Part shown: positions 1 through 10,500 of the stretch, piece after piece
Position numbering within the stretch: position 1 is the stretch's first letter
How the letters are laid out: each line of letters starts with the position of its first letter
Assembly: GCA_964621445.1 (NCBI GenBank)
Contig: CAZUNO010000009.1
Span: 1-64,000 of the forward strand
Length of the DNA: 64,000 bases
Source: Candidatus Hadarchaeota archaeon
Lineage (GTDB): Archaea; CAYQAE01; CAYVLA01
Direction of reading: 5' to 3'
The notes under the pieces: generated by a model
What the model saw: the letters and a program-made list of their open reading frames with translations, nothing else
Told to the model about the DNA's origin: nothing
The model's database searches: none
Translations under genes and position numbers: made by a program

Positions 1-2031
1 GATACCGACGGCAGGGTCGTCATCTGGAACAGAGCGGCTGAAGAGATAAGCGGTTATAGGTCCGAGGAGGTCGTGGGGCACAATAAGATATGGAAATGGC
101 TCTACCCCGACAAAAAGTATAGAGAATACGTAACTGAGACAGCAGAAAGAATCATTAAGGACCGGGAAGTGGTTGAGGATTTTGAGACCAGGATCAAGAC
201 CAAGGATGGGGATGAGAGAGTCATCTCCTGGTACTCGAGAGGCCTTAAGGACAGCGAAGGTAGAATCATCGGCTCAGTAGCCCTGAAAAGAGACATCACG
301 GACCGGAAAAAGGCGGTGGAGGAAGTGGAGGAACGGAATAAAGAACTCATGCACCGGGTTGCCATGGAGATGCTGGTCACCCAGCTGTCAACCAGCTTCA
401 TAGGCTGCCCATCATGTGAAGTTGACGAACGACTAGACACCGCTCTACGAAAGATCGGAGAGTTCACCGGCGTTGACCGTTCCTATATCTTCCTCTTCTC
501 CAACGATGGAGAAACCATGAGCAACACCCACGAATGGTGTGCCCCGAAAACCAGACCACAGATCCAGAATCTACAGCAACTACCCGCCGATACCTTCCCC
601 TGGTGGATGGAGAAGCTAAAGAGATTCGAAAACATACACATACCCCGGGTCTCCGACCTACCGGACGAGGCTGAGGAAGAGAAACAGATACTGCAATCAC
701 AGGAAATAAAATCCGTCCTCGTAGTGCCCCTGGTAATGAGTGGATCGGCCAGGGGATTCATGGGCCTGGACTCCGTCCACAGAGCAAAGACCTGGCCAGA
801 GCTAGATATAAGGCTGCTAAGAACCGTAGCCGGAGCGATCTCAGGCACCCTGGAAAGAAAACAGACAGAGGACAAACTGAAGGAAAGCGAGGAAAGATAC
901 CGCACCATATTCGAATCCGCTAACGACGCCGTGGTTTTACTATCCCCAGAAGGAAAAATACTGGAAATAAACCAGAGAGCAGGGGAAATTTTCGGGTACA
1001 AACCCCAAAAATTCAAAGGAAAAACCATACAGGAATTACTCCAACTATTCCCCCAAAACAGCCTGAAAAAGATCGGTGAAAAATTTACCAAACGCATGAA
1101 AGGCAGCCATACCGAACCCTACGAGGTAGAACTCGTAGATGGAAACGGGAAGAAAAGAACCGTAGAGATAAACGCCAGCCCCATAAAAAAAGACGGCCAG
1201 ATAGTGGGAGATATGGCCATTCTAAGAGACATAACCCAACGAAAAAGAAACGAACAAAAACTAAGAGAGTACTCCCACCACCTAGAAGACATCGTAGAGA
1301 AACGAACCAAACAACTCAAAGAAAAAGAACGCCTATCAGCCATAGGAGAGACCACAACCATGGTAGGGCACGACCTCCGCAACCCGCTACAGGCAATAGT
1401 CAACAACCTCTACCTAGCCAACAAAAAAATCCAAGAAATGACACCCCAAGAGAAAGAGATCGTAAAAAAAGCCGGAATACGCCACATACACAGAACCATA
1501 GAGCAACAAAGCCAATACATGAACAAGATCGTCTCCGACCTCCAGGACTACGCCAGACCCATTCAACCAGAATTCCAAGAAACCAACATCCACAAACTAA
1601 TAGAACAAGTCGTAAAAAGTACAGAAATCCCCCGCAACATACAAACCACAATAAAAACCCCTCACAACCTCCCCAAAATTCAGGTAGACCCCGGGATGTT
1701 GAGAAGAGCCATAACCAACCTAGTCACCAACGCCATACAGGCAATGCCCAACCGAGGCCAACTAACCATAAAAATAGAAAACACAGAGAACCAAGCAACA
1801 ATCAAATTCCGAGACACCGGAACCGGAGTAAATCAAAAGGACCGAGACAAGATTTTCGAACCCATGTACACCACAAAGGCCCAAGGACAGGGATTCGGAC
1901 TACCAGTATGTAAAAGAATAATCCAGGCCCACCAAGGAAAAATCACATACAGAAACAACCAAAACCAAGGAACAACCTTCACCGTAACCCTACCCAACAC
2001 CCAACAAAAAAACCATGGGAATACTAGTTGA
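1..2031 (+). CDS. PAS-GAF-PAS sensor histidine kinase (5' truncated by window edge)
   Basis: Frame 1 is open from base 1 (DTDGRVVIWNRAAEEISGY, PAS). It has a GAF segment, a second PAS, H-box HDLRNPL, N-box NLVTNAIQAM, G1 DTGTG and G2 GQGFGL. Confidence 0.93.
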   Translation, partial: DTDGRVVIWNRAAEEISGYRSEEVVGHNKIWKWLYPDKKYREYVTETAERIIKDREVVEDFETRIKTKDGDERVISWYSRGLKDSEGRIIGSVALKRDITDRKKAVEEVEERNKELMHRVAMEMLVTQLSTSFIGCPSCEVDERLDTALRKIGEFTGVDRSYIFLFSNDGETMSNTHEWCAPKTRPQIQNLQQLPADTFPWWMEKLKRFENIHIPRVSDLPDEAEEEKQILQSQEIKSVLVVPLVMSGSARGFMGLDSVHRAKTWPELDIRLLRTVAGAISGTLERKQTEDKLKESEERYRTIFESANDAVVLLSPEGKILEINQRAGEIFGYKPQKFKGKTIQELLQLFPQNSLKKIGEKFTKRMKGSHTEPYEVELVDGNGKKRTVEINASPIKKDGQIVGDMAILRDITQRKRNEQKLREYSHHLEDIVEKRTKQLKEKERLSAIGETTTMVGHDLRNPLQAIVNNLYLANKKIQEMTPQEKEIVKKAGIRHIHRTIEQQSQYMNKIVSDLQDYARPIQPEFQETNIHKLIEQVVKSTEIPRNIQTTIKTPHNLPKIQVDPGMLRRAITNLVTNAIQAMPNRGQLTIKIENTENQATIKFRDTGTGVNQKDRDKIFEPMYTTKAQGQGFGLPVCKRIIQAHQGKITYRNNQNQGTTFTVTLPNTQQKNHGNTS

Positions 2032-2640
2032 TCGAAAACGAGGCATGGTCAGATCATAATTATTCCGAGAATACGTCCTAATGGAGTTGAACGTCAGGAA
2101 GGGATAATTGGATTGCCAGCCTTAAACGGCTCTATCTAAATGGAAACGGAGCCAGAATCCTTCATCGCCTGCCCCAAACTTACATTACACTCCACAGTCA
2201 ATCTCTTCAGGGGTTCTTCTCTATCCCCGGAGCTGAATACCACGCCCCTTCAAATTCGGTATCTCGCGGCTAGCTCCAGGCCTCGGCCACTTCCCCAGCT
2301 TTATATTTCGTTTTTCTCCCCCAAATGCATAGAAGGAGTTGGTGTATGGAGTTCAGTTCACGCTTGGTTAGCTCCCTGATGATCAATCTCGATCCCACCC
2401 GAATAACAAGTCAATGCTCAACATGTTTAGCTAGGATAAGAATACTAATCTGTCCGAATCCTTAGGATAGATAGCAAGGTCTATCTTCATTAGCTCCAAT
2501 CGAGGAACTCTAAGCCAGATCGATATTCCAGGCTTTCAGATAGGCCTGGTGCTGGTAAGCCCCAAAGAAAGATACAGTTATGATATCGGACATTGAATAT
2601 CCGCCCCGTCCCACATGGACCAAGTAGAGGTTGACCGGAA

Positions 2641-3990
2641 TTGACAGGCGATACGAAACACACCAGGACGCCGGGACCTGCCCGTCTCCAGAAGCAGTTC
2701 TCGATCGAACCCTTCGGTGGGTCCATCATGAAGATCGCCGATATTAACGATGATGGCCGCCAGGAGCTGCTTTTACTGCAGAGCGCGGGCCAGTTCTGCA
2801 GCGAGATAGAGAATCCCGAAGGGGTATCCATCGAGAGCCTTGACCCCTCGCTATACTGCCTGACCGCGGTATCCCTGGAGGGCGAGGTCCTGTGGCAGGT
2901 AGGGGAGCCATACGAGAATCCCGGAGTCCCTTTCATCTCTCACGGGGGGAGCAGCATCATAGTTCGGGATGTCGATGGTGATGGTCACTGCGAGGTCCTG
3001 TCCGTTCAGGCCGGTCGCTTATCCATTCTTGACGGTCACACCGGGGTGGAAAAGGCCTCCACGAACCTTCCCACGGACAATTACATCATGCTTGAGACGG
3101 CTGATTTCGACCCGGCGGAAAAAGGTCTGCAGATAATCTGCAAGGTTAACAACCGATCCTACCCCCCTTGGCCCTACGCAAACCCTCTAATCGTATTGAA
3201 CTGCGATCTCTCCATCTACCAGGAACCCCTTGCCATTCCCGGGGCCGGGCATAACATGATATCCATGGATCTCAACAATGACGGGCGCGACGAGCTCCTC
3301 GTAGGATACAGCCTGCTGGACCATGATCTGGAGGAGATGTGGAGGGTTGATTTCGGGGAGGGATTTGACTACATACAAAATCACGCGGACCACATCGCGG
3401 TGAGCGATATTGATGGGGACGGTGACCTGGAGATAATGTATTCCGGGTCCCAGGATTTCTTCGTGGCCGATCTTGAGGGAAACGTGATCTGGAAGACAAA
3501 CGCCGGGCACAGCCAGATATCCGTTCCCGGTCCCTTTGGCCCCGGGGGCGAGACCAGGATAATCATGAGCGAGAAGAATAGAGGAGGGTGGGGTTTGTCG
3601 TCCACCGGTGACGTCCTTTGGAACCGAGCCGATATCAACGGATACGTGCTGTCCCAAATCAACTGGCATCAGGAAGTGCCAAGGACATGGGCCGTGTTTC
3701 AGCCCCAGTTGAAGCCCTTCGACAGCCCCCCCATACACAGCAAACCGGCCTGGAGCCGCCAACTGTGGCCATGCCTAATGGACGGAAATGGCCAAATGCA
3801 CGACATAATCCCCTGGAAGGACGACTACTCCCATCCGCCCTACGAGATCTGGTCCCACCGTTCCTACGACTGCGGTCTAAGGTACGAGACCCTCTCCGCG
3901 GACATAGACGGCGACGGCCTGGACGAAATGCTGGTCTTCAACCGCCACAGAGTTTGGATATTTCATTCAGCCGAGACGGGAAAGGACTGA
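2641..3990 (+). CDS. FG-GAP/VCBS-repeat beta-propeller protein (rhamnogalacturonan-lyase-like fold)
   Basis: Repeated DxDGDGxxE Ca-binding motifs (DINDDGRQE, DVDGDGHCE, DLNNDGRDE, DIDGDGDLE, DIDGDGLDE); no obvious signal peptide. Confidence 0.75.
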   Translation: MTGDTKHTRTPGPARLQKQFSIEPFGGSIMKIADINDDGRQELLLLQSAGQFCSEIENPEGVSIESLDPSLYCLTAVSLEGEVLWQVGEPYENPGVPFISHGGSSIIVRDVDGDGHCEVLSVQAGRLSILDGHTGVEKASTNLPTDNYIMLETADFDPAEKGLQIICKVNNRSYPPWPYANPLIVLNCDLSIYQEPLAIPGAGHNMISMDLNNDGRDELLVGYSLLDHDLEEMWRVDFGEGFDYIQNHADHIAVSDIDGDGDLEIMYSGSQDFFVADLEGNVIWKTNAGHSQISVPGPFGPGGETRIIMSEKNRGGWGLSSTGDVLWNRADINGYVLSQINWHQEVPRTWAVFQPQLKPFDSPPIHSKPAWSRQLWPCLMDGNGQMHDIIPWKDDYSHPPYEIWSHRSYDCGLRYETLSADIDGDGLDEMLVFNRHRVWIFHSAETGKD

Positions 3991-4008
3991 TTTCCGATCC
4001 TTCAAATA

Positions 4009-5010
4009 TCAAGACAGCTTGACGTTGGCCAGGCCCTCGTCGGCGGCTTGCTGGGCGGCCAGCGTCTTAGCGGTTGAATCCAGGCATTCCCTGGTTGTCA
4101 AAAGGGGCTCATAATCGCTCCTCCCGCTTATTTCAGCGACGATATCGTTAACAAAGTTAGTATCGTTGAGCATACGCGGGGGGACTTCCCTCTCCGCTTG
4201 GTTATCTTTCCTGAGAACTATTTTCCTGCCGAGGTCAATTTCGAGGGCCCCTTCAGTACCGATAAAATGAAAAGTCCACGGAGAGGAATGCCCCTCGGGA
4301 GTCTTGTATGAGGCATCGATGAACACTCCCGCTTCGTTGGCAAGTTTGAAACTCGCCATGGCTACATCCTGAAAAAAGGGCACGCTCTTAGGTTCGAAAT
4401 GTGCGGTGTGGGCGGACAGGACCTCGGCTATCTCGATCCCCGTTATCCATTGGATTGAATCGACGCCATGGACCATAAGATCGTTAATCGTTCCCTCCTG
4501 TGCGCCCTCTTCGAAGTACCAGTCGGGCCTTCCCGACCGGTAGTTCAGCCCGTGGTACCCGGTTACTATTCCGTTCGTTATCTCGCCGATTTCCCCATCC
4601 TGAACCAGCTTTCTGGCCGTTTGGATGGCCGGGCTGCTCCGCAGGGAGAGGCCCACGGTAAGGCTCAACCTCTTTTCCGCGACAAGTTTTTCTATACTCT
4701 CCAGCTCTTCCGGACGCGTGCATAGGGGCTTGTCGGAAATCACGTGTTTGCCCGTTTCCAGGGCCTTTATTGCCTGTCTCCCTCTTTTTGCGTAAATATC
4801 GCAGATTGCCAGTATGTCAAAGTCGACTTCCTCCAGCATTTCATCAAAAACCCGGAAGTCCACATTGATATCGCACCTGTCAATGATATCTGCGCACTCC
4901 TGTGGTTCCTCCTCGCAGCAGGCGACGATTTCGAGATCGGGGTGGTCCCGGACCTTGCTGACGATGGAAGCGATATGACCGTGCCTGAATCCTGAAATTG
5001 CGACTTTCAT
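4009..5010 (-). CDS. Gfo/Idh/MocA family NAD(P)-dependent oxidoreductase
   Basis: N-terminal Rossmann strand, GKHVISDKP motif, GTINDLMVHGVD catalytic segment; SD AGGAGG upstream. Confidence 0.9.
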   Translation of the reverse strand: MKVAISGFRHGHIASIVSKVRDHPDLEIVACCEEEPQECADIIDRCDINVDFRVFDEMLEEVDFDILAICDIYAKRGRQAIKALETGKHVISDKPLCTRPEELESIEKLVAEKRLSLTVGLSLRSSPAIQTARKLVQDGEIGEITNGIVTGYHGLNYRSGRPDWYFEEGAQEGTINDLMVHGVDSIQWITGIEIAEVLSAHTAHFEPKSVPFFQDVAMASFKLANEAGVFIDASYKTPEGHSSPWTFHFIGTEGALEIDLGRKIVLRKDNQAEREVPPRMLNDTNFVNDIVAEISGRSDYEPLLTTRECLDSTAKTLAAQQAADEGLANVKLS

Positions 5011-5224
5011 GGCTAATTACCTCCTGGACATGGTATTTCATGCCTATTGTAACTTGTGGATCTCCACGCCATTCCGACCGAACGCCCGTTAATCAATCTT
5101 TCAGAGATGGCGCTCTGCGGATCAATGCTTTTCACCGCGAAAAATATCCCTTTCCGGCATGGGGAGGGCATCCGGTGTGACTGACCTGAGGCCTGGGTCG
5201 CAGTCCAAACCCGGGGTAACTCCT

Positions 5225-6736
5225 CTATGAGGGAGCCCGCATACGAGTTATTACTCTCTCCTCCAGTTCCTCGAGGTCAGCATCGTGGCTTATAAAATCC
5301 AGTACCTGCCCGTCCCCCACTCGCTCGGCCTCCTCGACCAGCAGCGAGAGGAAATGCTTTCTTTTCTCTCGGCACCTGGGTTCGTAGAAACGGTTGCAAA
5401 TCTCCTCGGGATCCTCCTCCAGATCGTAGAGCTCGCAGAGATCGGAGAAGTTCCAGACGAGCTTCCATCTCCCGTCGGTTACCATCCGCGCCGAGTAATG
5501 TCCATACCAGTCGCCGTGGTACTGGGCGTAATGCACGCGGCGTGGCCACTGGTGGTCCTTTCCGGCAAAGGTCCTCAGCGAGCGGCCGTGGAGGGGCTGA
5601 TCGCCCATCTTCCCCTGCCGTCCCCCGGCCATAAGGTCCACGCAGGTGGCAGTGACATCCATGAGGTGCACAGGCTCGCCCACCCTCTTGCTGGCTCTTT
5701 GCTTAGGCGGCTTGAAAATCAGGGGGATGCGGTAGATCTCGTCGTACATGTAGGAGCCCTTGCTGGGAAATCCGTGTGAATTTGCCATGTCGCCGTGGTC
5801 CGCGGTGAAAAAAATCGCCGTATCCTCGTAAAGGCCTTCCTTCTTGAGATAATCTATATTCTCGCCCAGGCATTGATCGATGAGTTCCAGGTAGGAAAAG
5901 CAAGCTGACAGTTTTTGTTTCAGATTATTGTCGCGATCCTCATTGGCGAGGTCCCCCTGGCTCATTTTCGCCACCACCTGCAGTTTTTGCTGGTTAATCG
6001 GTTTGCCATCCAGGGGATCGTTTCGGTTTGGCCACAGAGGGATATCCTCCGGCTCGTAGCGTATGCCGAATTCCTCCGGCACTAGCCAGGGAGAATGTGG
6101 GCCCGGGAAGGAGCAGAAGGCGAGGAACGGGCGCTGCCGGTCGCGATCGCCAATAAATTCCCGGCAGTAGCGAGCCGCCGCCACATCAGGGAAGTCCTGT
6201 ATGGGCACCCCTACCGTTCCGGAAACCTGGCCGGGTGGGATATCGCGGTTCCCCTTTTCCTCAACCAACTCTCCCAGTTTGAGGTTAGGGTGCCAGTGAG
6301 AACTCGAAAGATAGGAGGGGCCGTTCTCCGAGGGACGGGGATGGGTGACATGGAAACGGGAATCGAACAGGTCGTCCGCCGGCCCGATGTGCCATTTCCC
6401 GAAATAGCCGGTCTGATACGCTGTAGCGCCGTCTGCCCAGTCCTGGATCATGCTCACCTCCGGGCGGAGGTGATGGCAATAGCTGTACCCAGGGGTGGAG
6501 TTATTGAACATATGATGATCGTGGGCGTAGAGCCCGGTCATCAGGCTTGCCCTGGCGGGCGAACATATCGCCGTCGGTGTGTAGGCATTGTCGAAAACAA
6601 TCGAGTCCGCCGCGAGGGCGTCGATATTTGGTGTCCGCACCAGGTCGCTTCCATAGCAGCCAAGCAGGTCCACTCTCAACTGGTCACAAAACATAACCAG
6701 AACGTTCTTCTTCTCCATGTCCGGATCTCCTTTCAA
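5225..6736 (-). CDS. Sulfatase (Cys/formylglycine type)
   Basis: DQLR, RTPNID, CSPARASLMTG, GKWH, FTADHGD. The true start may be the second Met (MEKKNVL). Confidence 0.92.
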   Translation of the reverse strand: MKGDPDMEKKNVLVMFCDQLRVDLLGCYGSDLVRTPNIDALAADSIVFDNAYTPTAICSPARASLMTGLYAHDHHMFNNSTPGYSYCHHLRPEVSMIQDWADGATAYQTGYFGKWHIGPADDLFDSRFHVTHPRPSENGPSYLSSSHWHPNLKLGELVEEKGNRDIPPGQVSGTVGVPIQDFPDVAAARYCREFIGDRDRQRPFLAFCSFPGPHSPWLVPEEFGIRYEPEDIPLWPNRNDPLDGKPINQQKLQVVAKMSQGDLANEDRDNNLKQKLSACFSYLELIDQCLGENIDYLKKEGLYEDTAIFFTADHGDMANSHGFPSKGSYMYDEIYRIPLIFKPPKQRASKRVGEPVHLMDVTATCVDLMAGGRQGKMGDQPLHGRSLRTFAGKDHQWPRRVHYAQYHGDWYGHYSARMVTDGRWKLVWNFSDLCELYDLEEDPEEICNRFYEPRCREKRKHFLSLLVEEAERVGDGQVLDFISHDADLEELEERVITRMRAPS

Positions 6737-6855
6737 GGCCCAAATCGGTGCATCTCACAATTAAAGAGTTACGTCTTCACTGGAGGACCGCTTCCGGGAA
6801 TGACTCCCTTTTTTAGTATCAGGTGGCGGTTAGCCCAAGACCTTTATGGATCGGC

Positions 6856-8274
6856 TTAATCCCTGAATTGAAATGCGTAGAGATCGGCATTGGTGAGGTA
6901 AAACCTGACCCGGACCGGCTGCCCGGCCAGTGATCCAAGCTTCCGGTCCCCCTTCCATTCCACGGGAAGGTGGACCGAATTATAGGTAACAGGTACCGCC
7001 TCCTCGCGGCTTAAGCCCTGGATCGGATGGCCATCAGGATCCATCATCTCCACCTCCACCGACCCTCCTCCGGCAGCGTCGGCATTCAGCTCCAGCCGGT
7101 CACCCCGGAACCTCAGGGGCGGGGTGGTGAACCACCCGCCGTCAATGCCACCGCTGACGCTCACGAAGCCGTCAAGTCGCAGGACGGCCCTGCCTATTCC
7201 CGAAAGCTCCTCACCGGCTGTGGTGTCTAGATCTCCGCTGGGACCGTGTTCCCGGTTCGAACCCACGTAGTATATCCAGAGCTCATCACCCATGCGGACC
7301 GGACGCGGCATCGCCCAGACGAACCGGGAGTCGAAACGGCCCTCGGGACCTAGTCCCATGAAGGGTCTCCGACCTCCCAACCGCTTGAACTCCTTTCCGT
7401 CACGGCTGACGGCCAGCTGGACATCTATGGCCGAGGGACCGGATCCCTCCTTCTCCCAGTCCACCCAGTGCCAAAATGTCTGGAGCAGCATGATATAGAC
7501 CCCGTGGTAGGGAAAAACAGCCGCCCCGTAGAAATCAACCGGCGGGCTCGATTCCCCAGGTTCGTGGGTGGACCAGTCACGCTCGTCGGGAGCCATGATT
7601 ATCTGCTCCTCCTCCCATTCCTCCAGGTCGTCGGATTCCAGGCGCCTGACGGTCCGGAATCGGCACGATTGGTCCTCATCCGATTCAACCCACTTACGTG
7701 TGTAGATAAGGTAACGGCCCTCGTCCCGGTCCCAGAAAACGATGCTTTGGGTGTCCTTGTCACCGATCTCGGGCGTGGCGTACAGGCTCCAGCGGATGCC
7801 GTCGGGCGAGCTGTGCATCTGTAGGTCGCCGGATGGATAGACCTTGGTCTGGGTCTTGTACCTGTGTTCGGGGGGAGCGTTGGGGTCCTTCCATACCGCG
7901 GCCCCCGCGACCTTGGGTCCTGGTATGACTATATTGTTGGCCTTTGACCCTTCGATCTCGTGCAGGCCGATCTCCGGCTTTTTGAAGTGGATCCCGTCCT
8001 CGGACTCGGCATAGGCGACCCGCAAATTTTCGGCCCGGCGGGAATCGTACCAGATCCGGATCTTCCCATCTTCCTTGAGAACGGAGCTGTAGCTGCCGAT
8101 ACTCTCTCCCCGCCCCTCCGGGTCTCTATCCCACCGGCGGTCAGGCGCTATCAGGATTTCTCCATCGCGTCGGGGGGTATGCATTCTCCGGCCGATGTTG
8201 TGCTTGGAGTCCACCAGGAAGCCGTCAAGAAAGACCTGCTTCTCGGTTCCGATGTTGATGATTTGGTCGTTCAT
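6856..8274 (-). CDS. Five-bladed beta-propeller glycoside hydrolase-like protein with C-terminal beta-sandwich
   Basis: YAESEDGIHF, SSPDGIRW and VSRDGKEF blade motifs; LRLDGFVS...LYAFQF C-terminus typical of GH32-like proteins. Confidence 0.7.
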   Translation of the reverse strand: MNDQIINIGTEKQVFLDGFLVDSKHNIGRRMHTPRRDGEILIAPDRRWDRDPEGRGESIGSYSSVLKEDGKIRIWYDSRRAENLRVAYAESEDGIHFKKPEIGLHEIEGSKANNIVIPGPKVAGAAVWKDPNAPPEHRYKTQTKVYPSGDLQMHSSPDGIRWSLYATPEIGDKDTQSIVFWDRDEGRYLIYTRKWVESDEDQSCRFRTVRRLESDDLEEWEEEQIIMAPDERDWSTHEPGESSPPVDFYGAAVFPYHGVYIMLLQTFWHWVDWEKEGSGPSAIDVQLAVSRDGKEFKRLGGRRPFMGLGPEGRFDSRFVWAMPRPVRMGDELWIYYVGSNREHGPSGDLDTTAGEELSGIGRAVLRLDGFVSVSGGIDGGWFTTPPLRFRGDRLELNADAAGGGSVEVEMMDPDGHPIQGLSREEAVPVTYNSVHLPVEWKGDRKLGSLAGQPVRVRFYLTNADLYAFQFRD

Positions 8275-8454
8275 CTCTCGTACCTATCATCCTCGACCCA
8301 TTCCACCATATATTTGCTGTGTTACTCATTTCCATCGAAACGCTGGGACCGGAAGTGCAATTCCTTCCTTGAGTCATCCATTTCCACCACACGGTAATTT
8401 GATTAAGGTAAAGAGGATAAAGATCAGTAATCATGAGTAGGGAGTGAGGGAATA

Positions 8455-9687
8455 ATGTCGGAAGAGAAAAAACCCCGCGTTCGAGCCGTCCGCTGCGATC
8501 ACTCGGCCAGCGATGAGCAGGTGTATGAGGCCTTAAAACGTGCAATCAATCCACTGGAATCCGCCTGGCAAAAACTTGAGAAAGCCGAAAAAATCACGGT
8601 CAAGCTAAACCAGGCATGGCCAGAGGAAAAACTGGTATATCACAAGGACCGTCTCCAGGAACTAGTTGACTTCTCGGTGGCCCGGGCACTCTTTCGCCTG
8701 CTGCGGGAGAGGACCGATGCCGAATTACTTTGCACCGAGATCAGCACCAGGGCCGAAAATAATCCGGACCTCACAACCATTGACACCATCACCCTGATGC
8801 CCGTTCTCCGCGAATTCGATGTTGAGTTCGTGGACGGGGACAACCCGCCACACAGGACCTACACCGTGCCCGGCGGCGGTGCCATGTTCAGCCAGTACCT
8901 CCTTCCCACCTCGGTGGTTGACACGGACGCTTTGATATCGGTTCAGACCATGAAGAGCCATAAATTCATGGGCGTAACCCTGTGCCTCAAGAACCTTTTT
9001 GGCCTGATGCCCATGGAACCCCACGGGCGCTCCCGACGTTATTTCCATCACCTGGTGCGTCTTCCCTACGTGCTCGTTGATATAGGACGGATTATCAACC
9101 CCACCCTGAATATTCTGGATGGGCTGGTCGGGCAATCAGGGAAGGAGTGGGGAGGAGAGCCACGTGTCTGCAACACCCTGGTCGCCGGTGACCAAGTCAT
9201 CGCCACCGATGCCTGTGCCACCCACCTCATGGGACAGGACCCCCGGGGGGACTGGCCCCATCAACCCTTCGTGCGGGACCGAAACTCCATTCGAATAGCG
9301 CATGAGAGTGGCTTTGGCACCGCTAGCCTGGACGAGATCGATTTCCAATCGGAAGTTGACTCCCCGGTTGCCTCATTCAGAACGGAGGAGACCGATCCCT
9401 TTGAGACCGTACTTGCCTGGCGCCGATCTACCTGTGAACAGGCCCTGTACTACAGGGATCATCGTGATGGATTCCTTGACGACTACGCGGGGGAATACAT
9501 CCTGCTCCAGGACGGAAAAGTAAGGTGGCACGGAAAATCCAGCTACATCGGGGAGAGCAGGCGCAAGCTTGCAGGTCCAAACAAGCTCAGCGCCCTGTGG
9601 TTCAAGCACGTTGACCCCGACCGTGCCGAGGGAGAGCATTACCAGAGGTATGAGGAAACTCTTCGACGGCTAGAAGAACTGGACTAG
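8455..9687 (+). CDS. DUF362 family protein with C-terminal extension
   Basis: VKLN, MKSH...GVTLCLKNLFG, ILDGLVG, DQVIATDA motifs. Confidence 0.8.
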   Translation: MSEEKKPRVRAVRCDHSASDEQVYEALKRAINPLESAWQKLEKAEKITVKLNQAWPEEKLVYHKDRLQELVDFSVARALFRLLRERTDAELLCTEISTRAENNPDLTTIDTITLMPVLREFDVEFVDGDNPPHRTYTVPGGGAMFSQYLLPTSVVDTDALISVQTMKSHKFMGVTLCLKNLFGLMPMEPHGRSRRYFHHLVRLPYVLVDIGRIINPTLNILDGLVGQSGKEWGGEPRVCNTLVAGDQVIATDACATHLMGQDPRGDWPHQPFVRDRNSIRIAHESGFGTASLDEIDFQSEVDSPVASFRTEETDPFETVLAWRRSTCEQALYYRDHRDGFLDDYAGEYILLQDGKVRWHGKSSYIGESRRKLAGPNKLSALWFKHVDPDRAEGEHYQRYEETLRRLEELD

Positions 9688-9751
9688 TCCAAAATCACCC
9701 CCAGGACCGCCAACATCGCCCTGGACTATCTCCCGGTTAGGGGCTTAACCA

Positions 9752-10340
9752 CTAGAGGAATGCACGCGCTATGAGATGTAGAGCGGTCCAGGTAATCAGC
9801 GCCAGGAGGTATCCAGCAGTGCCCGCCGATGCCACGGCGGAAAGAATGAAAACCACCAGTACTATAAATATCATCGAGAGGTAAACCCTGCCCAGGAATG
9901 AGTCTAGAAAATTACTCCTTATGCTCCTTGATAGTGATCGCACTCCGTGAAGAATCCAGGCCAGGGTAGCCCCGCAAAAGACCATTCCGAAGGTATGGGG
10001 GCCAGGTTTTGCCGAAGCCAAAGCAATCCGAGTATGGCTGGAAATCCTAACCAGAAAGGCCGATTCCATCTGTGCTCCTTGGCGTACAACCAGGTCGCCA
10101 CCCAATCCCCTGGGGACACGCTGATTAGTTCGTAATACCCGCAACCTCCATATCAATTTGACGGGGAGCAACATAAACCGTGGAGATCGAAATGCCTCAT
10201 GACATGTGAAGATCATCCGGCAGGACGATCATAGGAGTATGCTAAGGTATTGGAGATGCGTAGAGAGGGCATCGATCCGGGATTCCAGTACCAACAGAGA
10301 TGCTCGGGTTTTCCTCCTCGATATCCATCCCTGATCGCCC
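9752..10340 (-). pseudogene. Probable decayed membrane-protein gene
   Basis: Hydrophobic C-terminal part in the 9752..10216 ORF; the upstream sequence is broken into short frames with no clear start. Confidence 0.3.
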
Positions 10341-10500
10341 CCATGCTAAACCGGTCATATTTCCATGCCTCCATGCCCAATTATAAAATTCCCCCATCGC
10401 AAAACAGGATCCGTCGCCCAGGGGGCACACATGTTGGCTAGCTGGCGGAGGGCAGGTAGATCGGCCATGAATCACGGGGAGCCCAATTGATATCCAGCAA

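Noticed and set aside
2140-2390. 79-aa + strand ORF and a - strand fragment (MIIRELTKRELNSIHQ...) resembling a GNAT N-terminus
   Set aside because: The - frame stops after ~38 codons and again shortly after, and the + ORF has no recognisable features. At most a decayed remnant; no evidence for stop-codon recoding.
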